DNA of 64,000 nucleotides, from contig NC_057729.1 of assembly GCF_004010195.1 (NCBI RefSeq), forward strand, positions 45,982,241-46,046,240. The letters run 5' to 3'. How positions within the stretch are numbered: the stretch's first letter is position 1; the number at the start of each line of letters is the position of its first letter. A program made the translations under genes and the position numbers. The notes beneath the pieces are model-generated. The model did no database searches and was not told the DNA's origin. It worked only from the letters and a program-made list of their open reading frames with translations. This stretch comes from Chiloscyllium plagiosum (taxonomy: Eukaryota). Positions 24,496-37,347 of the stretch are shown in pieces.

Positions 24496-26294
24496 GATGT
24501 ACTCCTCTGTTCCCAGTGATAATGATTTGGGCCTATCTCTCTCCAAACAATGATAGTAAACCTCCCAACACCAGGCTCAGAGTGAACAGGTTTTAAAGCA
24601 GACTCTTTAGAAGTTCTTGGGAACTTCATTCATGTTTCTCCTGAAAATGTTTGCTCCTCACTCCTTATTATGTCTCAATGGCACATGTTGCCATATGTTG
24701 GGACTTCTTCTATTGATGGGTAACAAGAGGAATAAATTTAAGATTATTTCTTTCAAGTATAAATTCTGTTTTTTTCTTATGAACTGAATTTAAGTCTAAT
24801 GCTATCGATTGTGATGCAATATACTGTAATCATTAAAGGGAGGTCCTCACTGTTTAGTGGCTGCATCATAATGTGTGGCTGATATAGTTCACTACACGCC
24901 ATAGCCAGTTTGGAAAGGGCTGTGTTGATGGTGTAATATTAATCACATGTACCGTCTCTCGCTATGACCACTATGAGAGTATGGCTAAGACTATAAACTT
25001 CTGGGCTATTTTACTATCATCCCTAACATTCGCCAAATGAATAGATTTGTATTATGGGTGGCTTTGGACATAAGGCTTTCCTCAACAGAAGATGACCCAT
25101 AGTGAGGAAAAAAAACAGATTGAAGTGGTCATGTTACCTAGTTTAGATTTTAGTTATCTCAGGCCAAAGTAACCAGTAACTGCTGCTTTCTGGCTGTAAA
25201 GTAAACCCAGGTCAATTGTAAGAGTTTGCCACAATGCTTTTTAATCTATAAAGGATCATTTGTGCTACCATCATGTCAGCTGTTTATCAGTACAGCTCTT
25301 GATTTCTATCATACTGAGTATCCAGTCAGGTTTCAGATTGCTAACTTATATCCTTATCTCCAGTTGGAGCATTGTATGCCCCTCTCAGAGTTGAATCTAT
25401 TTGGACCTGGAATGGGTTCATTGACATGAGGTACTTTCTATTCAAATTATTTATTGAAACTTGGTCAAAAGTAAATGAACATTAACTTGCAAACAAACAT
25501 CACAACAAACAAATATAACGAGTCCCGCGAGGCAAGACTTTCAGAGAACACAGCCGTGCAAGTCATGGGGTTAATTATCCACCAGATAACAGCTAACATT
25601 CAGCAGTTCCCTCTAGATTGCAGCAAAAAAGGCTTCTGTAATTACACATGTTCAAAATTTAACAGCAAGAAAGCAAACTCCGAGACTGTGACACATTGCT
25701 GAGGTGGAAAGCTTAAGGTTTGGCCAATACTGAATCATCTAATCTCAGACTTGTTTGAGCTTCTCATTCCTTGCACTCCTCTGTGCCGTATTCTCAGTCA
25801 GAGACAAGATTTTGCAGATTGCTTTTTGGTCTGTGTGGTGTAGAGTGGCACCAAAGGGTGGACAAAGCTCATTTGGATTGAGGTTAAGGCTGAATTATCA
25901 TCGATCCCCCAAAACAGATCAAACACAACAGGGTGAATTGCTAATCTAGTCAAATACTTTGGAGTAGCTGAACAATCCCACCCTCCCACAACAATGTCAA
26001 TGTAAAATATTGTTTTAATTTGTTTATTTTCAGGGTATACTTTGGCCACTTAAGAACTAATTTCCTGCAAGTCGAATCCCATTCTTGGACAAGCTCTCAG
26101 AACTAGCCAGTTGTTGGAGGTGAGGTTAGACTATTCTTCACAGACAGACAGTAAGAGTGACAGAGAGAGGGGAAGGAAAAAAATAATAAATCGGTGGGTA
26201 GTTCAGATAAGGCCACACCCTTTGCATCATTGAGGACTGCACAGGCAGAAACCTAATGAGGACCTCTTACTCTCTCCTTCAGCTAAAGACATGG

Positions 26295-26690
26295 CTGTAT
26301 TTATAAAACATTTCACCATATTACTTAAAACTTCCTCAAAATGCTTCATTTATAACTTGTTACATTAAATTAAGGCAGCTTTTTTTTGCAGGCAATTATT
26401 TTGAGCACTGTAAGATCCCAACAATAACAATGAAGTAATGATCAGTTAATCTAATTTTGATGGTGTTCATTGAGAGCAGAATATTGGTATGAACACTTGG
26501 AAAAAAATCTCTTTATCAAGATATTTTGGGGGTCAGAGAATCTTTAACATCCATCTCAATCAACAAATGCAACCTCATTTCCATCTTTTATCTGTAGAAC
26601 AGTCCCTACAAAATATAATGTGTTGAAGGCCTTAATTGCTCAATTCCCGGAGTGAGACTTAAACCCATAACCTCCAACGCGGTGGCTGAG
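26295..26690 (-). mobile_element. Deu-domain SINE, very degenerate
   Basis: Colinear with 5155-5607 ('gatcccaacaataacaatgaag', 'aatctttaacatccatctcaa'). Confidence 0.5.
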
Positions 26691-28208
26691 TACTGCGAGG
26701 TAACAGAAAACTGGAGGGTGATGAGAGTAGGTTTTGTTGTGAGCTTATACAAACAGAACTGGTTATTGTATCTGGGGGGAATTCCTCAGCACTGTTTTTA
26801 AATCATTTATCAAACCCTTTAAAATAAAGTGATTTTTGGCTTATTTTCCCAAGAATGATTCCCAAACAGAGGTAATGCACAAACATTGGAGAGGATGTTT
26901 CATTCTTTGTGGTGATGAGGGTTACAAGGAGAGTTGAAATCAGTAATGATGGTAGCAGACGGTGGTGTTAAAGAAAATAAGATGGAAGAAGAGATTTAAT
27001 TTTAGACTTCCGATTCTCATGTCGCTCTCTCCTTACATTGGAAGTACTTGAACGAAGGATTGACACAGAGAAGAGGGTTTCCTGATTCCAGTTAGTTATC
27101 TGTCCTGAATGCAGGAAATATATGGACAGGTGTAAATAGAAAGCATTAAAGATTTATCAGAGCATCTGCTGATGAGATTATAAAGTTGTTTATTATTAGA
27201 ATAGGTAATGCTTAAGCGAACCTGTTATCACCCATAAAACTCCATCAAGCTGATCTGGTCCCGGTACGTGTACATCTGGTGTTTTTCAGATGTCTTCATT
27301 TTTAAACTATCCATCATACTAGTAGCAGAGACCGCAAAACAGCCACACCGGCACTTTTCAGACTGCTCAGGTGTAGAGCTCGGCTTTGTTTCATGCAAGA
27401 GCGCAAAAGAGCTGAGAGCAGTCCTGCATCAACAGAAATGCATCCCGGGAGCAATCCCAATCTCTGACCTTCTTCATCAGGGTGGCAGTGCAGAATCAGC
27501 TCTCAGCCCCTTCCCTTCCCTGGTTATTAGAACTAGCTCTCAGCTGGCAGACAGCTGTTTTATAGCCCAATAGACTGTGGGCTTCAAACAGCCATTTTGA
27601 ACTTTCAGGGTTGAACTCGATAGATCTTTGTTAGATAGAAAATGAAAGGATGGAGAACAAAGATGGCTAAATTATATGTATAGATTAACAATGCAGTTGC
27701 CAATTTCAAAGTTTGTGGATGATATAAAATTTGGGAGCATTATAAACTGTGAGGAAGACAGTGTTGTGGAACTCCAAAGGATATATGCAAGATGGTGGAT
27801 TGGGGTAGATGAAGTTCAATGCAGAGAAGTTTAAGGCAACACATTGCGATGCAAAGAACATGGACAAATAGTATAAAATAGAGGTTATTATTCTAAACTA
27901 CGTGCTGTAGTAGAGAGATATAGGTGTATTCACACAAATCATCAAAGGTGACAAGACTGGTAGAGAGAGCAGTTAATGAATCAAACAGTGCTCCAGTTTT
28001 TATTCATGGAGGTGTAGAATGTAAGAGCAGGAAGTTATGCTGAATCTGTATAGGGCATCAGTTAGACCTCACCTGAAGTTTTGTCTATAGTTCTGTGTGT
28101 CACATTTTAGGAAGGATGTGATTGCATGGGAGAGAGTTAGGGTTAGGGTTACCTAAATAGACCCAGGGATGAGGACTTTCAGTAATGAAGAATGTTTTGA
28201 AAAGTTGA

Positions 28209-28425
28209 TATGATTTGGAGATGCTGGCGTTGGACTGGGGTGTACAAAGTTAAAACTCGCACAACACCAGGTTATAGTCCAACAGCTTTAATTGGAAGCA
28301 CACTAGCTTTCGTAACGATCGAGCCCTCCACAATCACCTGATGAAGGAGCATCGCTCCGAAAGCTAGTGTGCTTCCAATTAAACCTGTTGGACTATAACC
28401 TGGCGTTGTGTGATTTTTAACTTTG
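28209..28425. mobile_element. Palindromic PLE-terminus mini-element, family D, with 10-bp TSD
   Basis: GAAAAGTTGA at 28199-28208 and 28426-28435; inverted arms 28246-28312 and 28358-28424. Confidence 0.9.
28335..28369 (+). ncRNA. Minimal type I hammerhead ribozyme motif, intact core
   Basis: CAC-CTGATGA-A-GGAGC-ATC-GCTCC-GAAA-GC-TA|GTG: all core nucleotides present, 5-bp stem II, palindromic AGCT stem III, stem I CAC/GTG. Predicted cut after 28366; activity untested. Confidence 0.78.
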
Positions 28426-29304
28426 GAAAAGTTGAGACTGTTTCCTTTGCAGAGGCGAAAACCAAGAGGAGATTTGACTGAAGTTTTCAAAGTTATGAGT
28501 ATAGACAGAATTAGTAGAGAAAAGATGATCATGCCCATAAAAGGATCAAGATCCAGAGGGCACAGTTTTAAAATGTTTGTTTTAAAAAGAAGCAAACGTG
28601 AGATGGTAAAAAAAAAATCCTTAGATAGTGAGTAGCTAAGGTCTGGAATGCACTAATGTGTGTGTGGTGTAGCAGGTTCAATTGAGCCATGTTAAAGGGA
28701 ATTGGATGATTAGTTAAATATGAACAATGTGCAGGGTTACAGGGAAAACAAAACAGGAGTTTGGCCCAGAGAGCGAGTGCAGAGAGGATGGGCCAAATGG
28801 CCTCCTCCTGCATGGCAACAATCATATGATTCTGTGAACAAAGGAGCATTCTCAAAGGGTGAATGACCTATTTACCAACAACAAATGCAAATACACAACA
28901 TCAATAAAAGCCCAGACAAATATACTTCTTGTGTTCTACATTTTACAAGAAACATCCAGATTATTTCTTCCTATCTTACAACCACAGATCCATTTCCATC
29001 TCTTTCACCATCAACACCTGTGGCAGGGATGATTGCCACTGGTGAGAGGTTGAATTACACAAGCCTTATTAACACTGTCTCTATAACAATCAAGGCATGT
29101 TGAAGACATGGTTCAGATGTCTGAACAAATCCAGGGGGGTCTTCAGAATCCAACAGCAATGTTCTGTGCAGCACAGTGTGTGACAGAGAGGACTGAGATC
29201 ACAGAAGGAGGAAGGTGGTGATTGGTCTTTGAAGAAGGAGTTCTGACAGGAACAGGAGGAGGTTGCAAAGTTTGATAATTGACTTCAAAGGTTGGGCTCA
29301 TTCA

Positions 29305-29665
29305 TTATTTAGTATTCACTTACATGATGTGAGCGTCACTGGCCCGATCAGTATTTATTGTCCATCCCTAATTGCCCGGAGGGCAGTTGGAAAGAAGCAC
29401 ATTACTGTGGGTTTGGAGTCACATATAGGCCAGACTGAGTCAGAACGGCAGATTTCCTTCCCTAAAGGCCACTAGTAAACCAGATGGGTTTTCCTGACAA
29501 CCACCAACAGTTTCATGGTCATCATTAGATTTTTAATCCCAGTTTTTAAAAAAATTGAATTGAAATTCCACCATCTGCCAGTGGAATTTGAACCTGGGGC
29601 CCCAGGACATTACCTGAGAAACTGGATTAATAGTTTAATAATAAGACTAAGCCATCACCTCCCCC
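29305..29665 (-). mobile_element. tRNA-derived SINE (family of 17236-17580)
   Basis: Reverse complement is colinear with 17236-17580. Confidence 0.82.
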
Positions 29666-29717
29666 AGAATTCAGGCATTTTTTTCAGTTGATCCAAGGAA
29701 ATGCAACCATCTCCCAC

Positions 29718-29813
29718 TCTCCTGCTCCTCGGATGCTGCCTGGCCTGCTGTGCTTTTCCAGCAATGCACTTTTCTACTCTGATCTCCAGCATCTACAGTC
29801 CTCACCTTTTCCT
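29718..29813 (+). mobile_element. PLE-terminus fragment, family A, starting just after the predicted ribozyme cut site
   Basis: 'tctcctgctcctcggatgctgcc...ctccagcatctacagtcctcacc'; CCATCTCC on both flanks (29707, 29818). Confidence 0.8.
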
Positions 29814-30112
29814 ACAGCCATCTCCACAGTAATACTGACCTCAAGCCTAAAGCAGTCCCGTCACCAACAATTCATCCCTAACACAGACACCCATTGTTCA
29901 TCTCCAGATTTTGTTGTGCCATTTCCCTCAAGGCTGAAGGCCATTTGCTAGGTGACTGGTAACACCAGGGAAAATGGAAAATGAGGCTTTGAAATGAAGG
30001 ATAATTATTGGAAACTTTGAACATGAGTGATCATTTGACATGCTAGTGTTAGTACTTAAGTGTTTACCCTTGTGCAACTCCAAATTCTTTCTTTTTCAGA
30101 TGGAGATGAAAA

Positions 30113-30290
30113 AGATGGAGATGACTGGTGGTGGTTTAACCTGAGGGTCACTGCACCTCGGGTAAGGGGAGAGATTGAGAAGAAAAGTTCTTTCTGCTCA
30201 CCTCAGCTGCTTAGGGAATTGCACACATGCTATTGGCCTTACTCTACATCACAAGCCAGCTGTTCAGCCAACTGAGCTAACCAACACCCT
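30113..30290 (-). mobile_element. Short tRNA-derived SINE
   Basis: Minus strand begins GGTTGGTTAGCTCAGTTGGCTG (A box), then a degenerate B box and a non-tRNA tail. Confidence 0.6.
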
Positions 30291-33200
30291 CCTACATGAT
30301 ATTGTCCCTGTGGCTTCAACAGGTTTGAGGCAGATTAATGGTTCCTCTGATTTGATTGTTCAAGTGTTCTTGGCTGATGCCTGCAGGTTTTGAAGTCCCT
30401 GTGGACCCTTCCATAGGATCTCCCCCCCACCAACATTTGAGATGGGAGACTTGGCCATTGGAACAGGAAGCAGAATGGAGGTTTTCTGTTAGAGGTCAGG
30501 GAAGGGAGTTGGTGGGGGGATAGCTGTGGCGTTAGTATTCAAGAGGAAAACACTGTACTTTTGAGCATGGTCTCTACTTTCATATTCCCATTTTCCATAT
30601 ATTACTTCACACGGCGTAGTTTCATTTGCCCACTGGCCAGGAGCTGGTGATCGTTTCACTGCACTTTAGTTAAATGATGAAAGGCCAGGGTGAGGCTTTC
30701 CTCTGCTCTATTTAGACTGAGTGTGCAGTCTATTGGTCAGGGCTGATATGACCTCAGTTGCCTGATGTGCCTTATGCCCCTTGAATAGTTGTTTCATGTG
30801 TATATGTATACTTCTCATAATCTTCAAAAAGCCCGAAAACCCTAGAAATGTGACACAATGTACTGTGGAAGTTTTGCCCACATGTGTTGCAGAGTGTATA
30901 GCCTTAACATTTTCCTGCAAGGATTTGTTACTGTACAAATACGATTGCCTATTTATAGATTAAGTAACACAACAGAAGTGATAGCAGATTTGACTCATTC
31001 CAATTGTTTCTAAATTATTGGAATGAAGATCAGATTGGTTTAATGTATTTGTTGAATAATTTAGATGTGAAATTTAGTGGTCAATTTCTGTCTAATTCAG
31101 GTAAGTAGTTTGCTTAACGTGGTCTTTGACCTTGTATGAGGCAAATAATCATGTGTTCTGCTTTTAATAATCTGCATTCCAATGTGTGGGATGCAAGGTA
31201 ATCCTATTTGTTGCTTCTTGTGTAATTGGGACAATTTTAAATTGGCCATAATCTCATTTACACTAAGACACCAATTGAAGAACCAACAGTATAAATGGAT
31301 GTATTGGCCAGAATTAAGTGGAACATTGTCATTCTTTCCTGTCAACAATAAAATAAAAATCATAATGTCTTGTTGCAAGTGCAATATTCATTTTTTCTAC
31401 TATATTTTGCATAACATTTCAAAAATAGCCATTTATGATGAATTTGAGTGTTCTACAATTCTACTTCCACAATGGTTCATTATTCAGGTTTTCTAAATAT
31501 AAATGACTTCGGCAGTCTGCAGGACCAAGAGCACTAGCATGCTTCTTATTTTCCTGCTCATTCTGTGAAATATTGTTTCGGTATAGAGTCGATGGCAGAT
31601 GGTTTATTATTTACACAAAAGTACTTGAGATTAAAACTTCCTGCAAAACCTCGCCTTCGCTGTCAGCAACCCCTTACTTCAGCTAATTTCTGCTTGGGAA
31701 TATTGTTGACTGTGTGATTTTTTTTTGTGAACTGTAAAGTGAGATTGTATCACGGTGTACATCTGTGCTGTTTGTTACTATACTGTGGAGCCTGTCAATC
31801 CCACCAAAATAACAACCACTCTTCCATCAGCCTTGAAGCCTAATTACTCAAATTAACAATTTTTTTCATGTAAAATATATTGCCATATCAAACTTTTTTT
31901 TTGCTGACTTTGTTTAGAAGTTGTTTCTGTTCTGTAAAATCATGTGAGTTGTTTTGTTTGTGATACTTGTTTGCTGTGTGAGTAAACAAATTAGCTGATA
32001 AAGATGGGAAAGGGCCAACTTTCATGGCTGAGCTTTCACGTAGAGGTGGATGCTATTCTATTTCAGCTAGAACCTTCATATTCGACCTTCTTTGGTGCCA
32101 GTCTTCAGGAAATTAAGCAGTTTTGCCTTAAAAGCAGGAAGTAAGTGCTAAAGCCCACTTGAGAGTCTTAGGCACTTCATTTCGATTGATGTTTCATAGT
32201 GAAGCAAGGCCAAATTTTACAAAGACCTGTAACTCCCAACACTCCCCTAAGTAATCGACTAGGGGTGAATTGCTGGGGGAAGAATAGCTGCCCTGCTGAA
32301 GGCTGCTTTTCCTGCCTCAGGGAATTGCTGGGCAATAAGAAGCCAGCAACTCTTCAGGACGCAAGTCTGTGGAACAGGATGTGGATTTGATAAGTGGACG
32401 CTGGTTTTGCCAGGATCCAAGCTAACAGATTCTGGTCAGGGATTGGGACTACAAAGTGGTTGGAGACTGGGGTTTGAAAAACTAATTGGTGTGAGGAGCG
32501 GATGGTAACCTGGTCAGAGTTAAACATTGTGGAGCCTTTCAATGGGCTCCGTTCAATGGCTTGTTCAAGGGCACTCCAGTATGCAGCACCAGTCCGTACA
32601 GGAAATACTGCAGACCTTGCCCCTTGGCTTGGTCAGCATGGCTTAAATGCCAACTTCACCGGGCAAAGGTTTAAATGGAAATGAATTGCAAACTAAAGAA
32701 TTCAACTGTCCCCTATTGGACAGGCTGCCCAATGCCATCCCTACCTCTGCTATAGTTGCAGGGGGCCGGGTAAGGGTGGGCAGAAAGATGATAGACAAGT
32801 CACCCTAGTCACCTAATTTAACAAGCTGCCTTTCTGCCTTCAAACCCATCCGCAGGGAAGAGCAAACTCTGACCACATTAAATGACTTGCGCTCTCATGT
32901 GGGTGTAGAAGGTTCAAAATCACCAATCAAGGAAGAAGAATGGAGGAGTTTCCCTGTTCAACATTGCTCCCTTAATCAAGCCAGTACAACATTTAATATG
33001 ATTAATTATCTTGTGACTTTTCCATGTGCAATCTGGCTATTTGTCTCCATTACAACAACAACTAACCTATATTAAAAGTAGTTTGGAATATCTTGAATGA
33101 GTGAAGGTTGGCAAATAAATGCATGTTTTCTTTCTTTTTCTGTAAGTGTTAAGATGTGGGCTTGGATCTTCTAGGTGCAGCTGCTCTCTTGTGGAGACTT

Positions 33201-35061
33201 AATTTTGCATTTATATGGATGTAGCACTGGCCAAATATAACTTGACATCCTGCCTTTGTGAACAATCAAAAAACGGTCTCAGGTGATACTTCACCCATTC
33301 ATTCATGTTACCTGAATCACTGCAGCCATTTATTTTAGTTAAGTCAATCCTTTCTTTCTAGCTTGCACATTTTATTATATTTAGAAGCAAAATGACATGC
33401 AATCATCTCTATAAAATGTTGTGAAATGTCTTGACTTCTTAATTAGCCACATTAAAGGAAGAAAGCAGTAATTGCATCAAACAGTTTGTGAAATCTTTGA
33501 GGTGAAAGCCTCAGCACGTTATACCGTTATCATCAGTTTCACTACCAATGTTGTAGTTCTGAGAAGTGAGGAAATCCATTTGGCAAAGAGTTTGTTTCTG
33601 ATCCAGGAACAGCGTGTTTTTCAAAGAGATGATGTCTCATAAGATTGAGTGCTGTGTTTATACTAAAGGAAAAAGGTCCCAGAACATCCATTTAAGAATA
33701 GGTGTCTGTGTGTCTTTTCTGCGTCACGTTCATAAGCTTGACATTCTTTCTACCCATATTTATTAATTGGATTTTAAATGGCAAATCTTAACATGATTTT
33801 GCAAAAATTTATAAAGTATTGTTTGCAATTAGCATTGGAGTAGAAACATTTGTTCAGCTTAATCGTTTGCAACCAATGTATGTAAAATATACTTACAAAA
33901 GACTGATGAAAAAAATGAACTTTGGTCTTCTGAGAAAAGCTTACCACCTCAGTTTTAATAAAATTATTTTCCTGTTTCTATTTGCATACTATTAGTTTTT
34001 CTATCGCCCTGACTCGTTTGACAGTCCATAAGCCTCCCATTTATAATGAGCTGTATAGATTGGAAGATGAATCTCATTCATTACAATGATATACAAAAGC
34101 TGCAAGAATTTTCAGTGACAACAACTTCAACTGATTTTTTGAGAACTAGATATTTCATTGTGCACAACCTTACATGCCTGCTTTTGATGATCTAATGCAA
34201 GCTGAACATTTGGAGCATTCAGAATATGATAATAGCCAAGATTATTCCTTTTAACTTATTTTTAGTCAAATGAGTAAGTACATCTGATTGGAGAAAATAC
34301 AGAACAACAATTGTCCATCCAGCTATAACAAATGATGATCTCTTCTGTTTGGTACTTGTAGTGAAATCATAAACATGTGCATGAAGACTGCGCTTGTGCA
34401 TGGAGTTTGATCAGAGGTAATTTTGATTGGAAAGAATGTAATTATATCGAGAGATGATTAATTTTTATTTCTAATCTCGAACTGAGGTAACGTGGATGTA
34501 ACTAACAATATTCAAAGACTTACAGCATTAAATTAAAAATAATTATATAAATGTGTTTATAAATTGTACAGATCCTATTGTGCTGCTTCATTCATTCTTG
34601 AATCCCAAGGATACTTCTATTCTTGTTCTCCTGCCCACTCAACTCCACTCCTTTCTGCACCCCAAATCCCTCTGCTCCTCAGCATCAGATTGAGAAATAT
34701 TTCTACTAGAGAAAAGTAATAGATTTGGACTTGCTTTCTCACTATTACTTTCAGATTTCTGTGCCTCAGTGATAAAGAGACTTGGATTAGGGATTAGGTT
34801 ACATTTGTTCAAAAATATTCTGAGATCTCCGAACATATGCATTGGCATGGATTTTCTAAGCCTGCATGTTACAAAATACCAAGCTGTTGAATCAATTTGT
34901 TCAGATAGCAGGAGCTTTCCTATTCATTTGACTCACACTCTACTTGACATAAGAATGCTTAACATTCACAAAGGGACGAAAAAGTAGAAAATATATCTTT
35001 TAATAGGGCAGTAAAAGAATCGCGATTGATTGGAGTTTCGTACCAACAGTAACTGTTTAAA

Positions 35062-35255
35062 ATTCCTTCAGGGATGTGGGCATTGTTGACTAGATTTGTT
35101 GCCCATCCGTAATTGCCCTTAAAAAGATCCTGCAGCCCATGTGGTGTAAATCCATCCGCAGTGCTTTCGTTGAGGATGCAGTTCAAGACTGACCCATGAA
35201 CATTGGATGAAAGTCTCCCCATTCTGATGGCAGTGTAGATATCTTCTGAAATGAC
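35062..35255 (-). mobile_element. LINE 3' fragment (family of 20478-20760)
   Basis: 'gggatgtgggcattgttgactagatttgttgcccatccgtaattgccctt' is the reverse-complement tail. Confidence 0.6.
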
Positions 35256-36254
35256 TGTTCAGGCAAGTTTCTTTTTGTGCTGACCTGCCTGTGATTGTGC
35301 ACAATTTATCATTAAAATGGCAATCTGGCTTTTCGAAACTGTTAAATGCCTGCAACTGGAATTTAAAAATACTGCATTGTTGCAGTAGGGGGTGCTCCTC
35401 TGACGTTGGAATTGAGGCTTTCTATTTAGCCAGTTACACATAGCTTCCCTGTTCATTTGACCTATGTTATACCTGATTAGTCTGCTTGTTAGTAACAATA
35501 TGGCCAAATGTAGAAAATGTTCCTGATTAGCACAAATAAACTATCCCCAAAGTACACATATATTTTCAGAAAACTAGCCTTTGGTAGAATATAGCTAAAA
35601 ATGCACAGAGCCAAACAAGTTTCAATTCCTGTAGGTAGTCATCTCTAGTTCTACCTAAAACTAATTGTGAAAGTGCCTTTCAAAAGGGAGGCAGGAAGTA
35701 GTAGGTTTAATACCTGTTATGATCTATCGTGTACCCAGCCCAGCAGGATATCTACTTTAAGAGTTATAGTTGATAAAAACAAAAAGAAATGTTTAGAAAC
35801 TGGATTTATACTGTCATGTAAGTGTAAATCCTTTGATTATGTTAATGTTAATTGAAACAGATTCTTGGTAAGGTCCCAGCAATAACTAGATCTTTGTTAA
35901 CTGTATTGGTCCATGCATTTGATTTAAGAGAGGTTATATCAAAGATTGGAAACTGTTAATTGTGGTAATTGTGTATTCATGTTGGAAGCAATGTCAATAA
36001 TCTGGTCAGTCTTATTGGCAGACACATATTGATTAAAACCCCCACATTGGACTCTTTAAAACTGTACTCTAATCTGTCATGCTTCCCTGGTCTTTGCAGA
36101 ACAAAAATTTCAATAATCAAAATTCCCTTCAATCCCTTCAGTTCTGACTATAATGGCAATATCCTAGCCTCAGGCAGCTAGCATTCTTGAATACTGCAAG
36201 AATGAGGCCACTGAAAAACAGCACCAAGCAGCATAGTTAGACACCTTCAGCCTC

Positions 36255-36420
36255 AATGGGTCAAAATTCTGGAACTTGTTTCTGAACAGCAACTGTGGGT
36301 GTCCTGACACCAAATGGACTGCAGCAGCTCAAGATGGCAGCTCACCACCGTTTACTCAAGGGTAACTAAGGATGGTCAATAAATGTTGGCCCATTTAATG
36401 CTGCTCTGAATGACAATAAA
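36255..36420 (+). mobile_element. LINE 3' fragment (family of 20478-20760)
   Basis: 'tggactgcagcagctcaagatggcagctcaccacc...aactaaggatggtcaataaatgttggcc'. Confidence 0.68.
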
Positions 36421-36788
36421 AACAATAGACATCTCTATCAGACAGCCTTGGTAAAATCATTGAGAGACAAGCTGTTTACTAAAACTGCTCAGCCGTGGTC
36501 ATAACACTTTGCAGAGATCATCATTCTATTTATTAAAAGGTGTGTGCTATAGTTGTGTTTGGTCATATCAGCAGAGATTATCACTGGTAAGGGCAAAGTC
36601 TCCATATTGATTCCCTTTACCTTTAACAGAAAAATATTTCACAGTTTGGTGCTGACTGTTCACTAACCAAGCCACACAATTTGTGGCATGTATAAAGGAA
36701 GAACAAAATTATTCATCTAAAGCCTTATTTTTCTTGATGTTAAAAATCACACAACACCAGTTCTAGTCCAACACATTTAGTTGTAAGT

Positions 36789-36821
36789 ACTAGCTTTCGG
36801 AGCGCTGCTCCTTCATCAGGT
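36789..36821 (-). ncRNA. Minimal type I hammerhead ribozyme motif, intact core
   Basis: Minus strand AC-CTGATGA-A-GGAGC-AGC-GCTCC-GAAA-GC-TA|GT, in the same sense as the GIY-YIG ORF. Predicted cut between 36791 and 36790. Confidence 0.75.
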
Positions 36822-37180
36822 TGCTAGTGGGGTAGGATCATAAGACACAGAATTTATAGCATAAGATCATAGTGTCATGCAACCGATATGATATATTGAA
36901 CCAACTTACATTGCTGTTAAGTCTTTCATCTTTGAGAATGGGTTGCAAGTTTTGATTCAGTGATACGTAAATCCCAGAATTTCTTTCAAGGCACATACCT
37001 GAAATAACTTAAGGTTTTATAAAAAAAGCTGACATTTCAGTTCAGGCAATGCATTAAAGGTGTGAGGTTAGAGTCTGTCTGTATCCCAACCTTGAGTCAG
37101 ACTTGTTCTATTTCCAAAGTAGCAATTTATAAAATGTCACGTGGATTGACTGCCTGGATTGACGGCCTGCAGATTGTGTG

Positions 37181-37263
37181 GTGCTGGAAAAGCACAGCTA
37201 TGCTTTTCTAGCGCCACATGTTTTCAGTCTGATCTCCAGCATCTACAGTCCTCACGTTCTCCT
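37181..37263. mobile_element. 83-bp family A PLE-terminus insert with short inversion and 16-bp TSD
   Basis: GCCTGC(A/C)GATTGTGTG at 37165-37180 and 37264-37279; hairpin 'gctggaaaagca...tgcttttctagc' plus tail. Confidence 0.82.
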
Positions 37264-37347
37264 GCCTGCCGATTGTGTGTTTTGAACAAAGTAGAATGTA
37301 TCTGCAAATACAATTCTGCAAATGCAAATTCACCCCATAGATTTATA

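Larger units (their letters stand above)
27690..28830 (+). mobile_element. Old CR1 LINE (RT to 3' end) interrupted by a PLE mini-element
   Basis: 'tcaaagtttgtggatgatataaaattt' (KFVDD); ORF 28423 'EKLRLFPLQRRKPRGDLTEVFKVM'. Confidence 0.82.

Noticed and set aside
26034-26119. Strong acceptor followed by a GTGAGG donor on the plus strand
   Set aside because: Stops occur in all three frames; at most a non-coding exon, which cannot be supported without RNA data.
27268-27573. 101-aa ORF in unique sequence
   Set aside because: GTG start, no recognisable domain and no convincing splice signals.
32205-32875. GC-richer segments that may be ancient DNA-transposon relics (also ~3740-4070, 19720-20040, 30330-30730)
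   Set aside because: Too decayed to demonstrate TIRs, TSDs or mutual alignment by eye.
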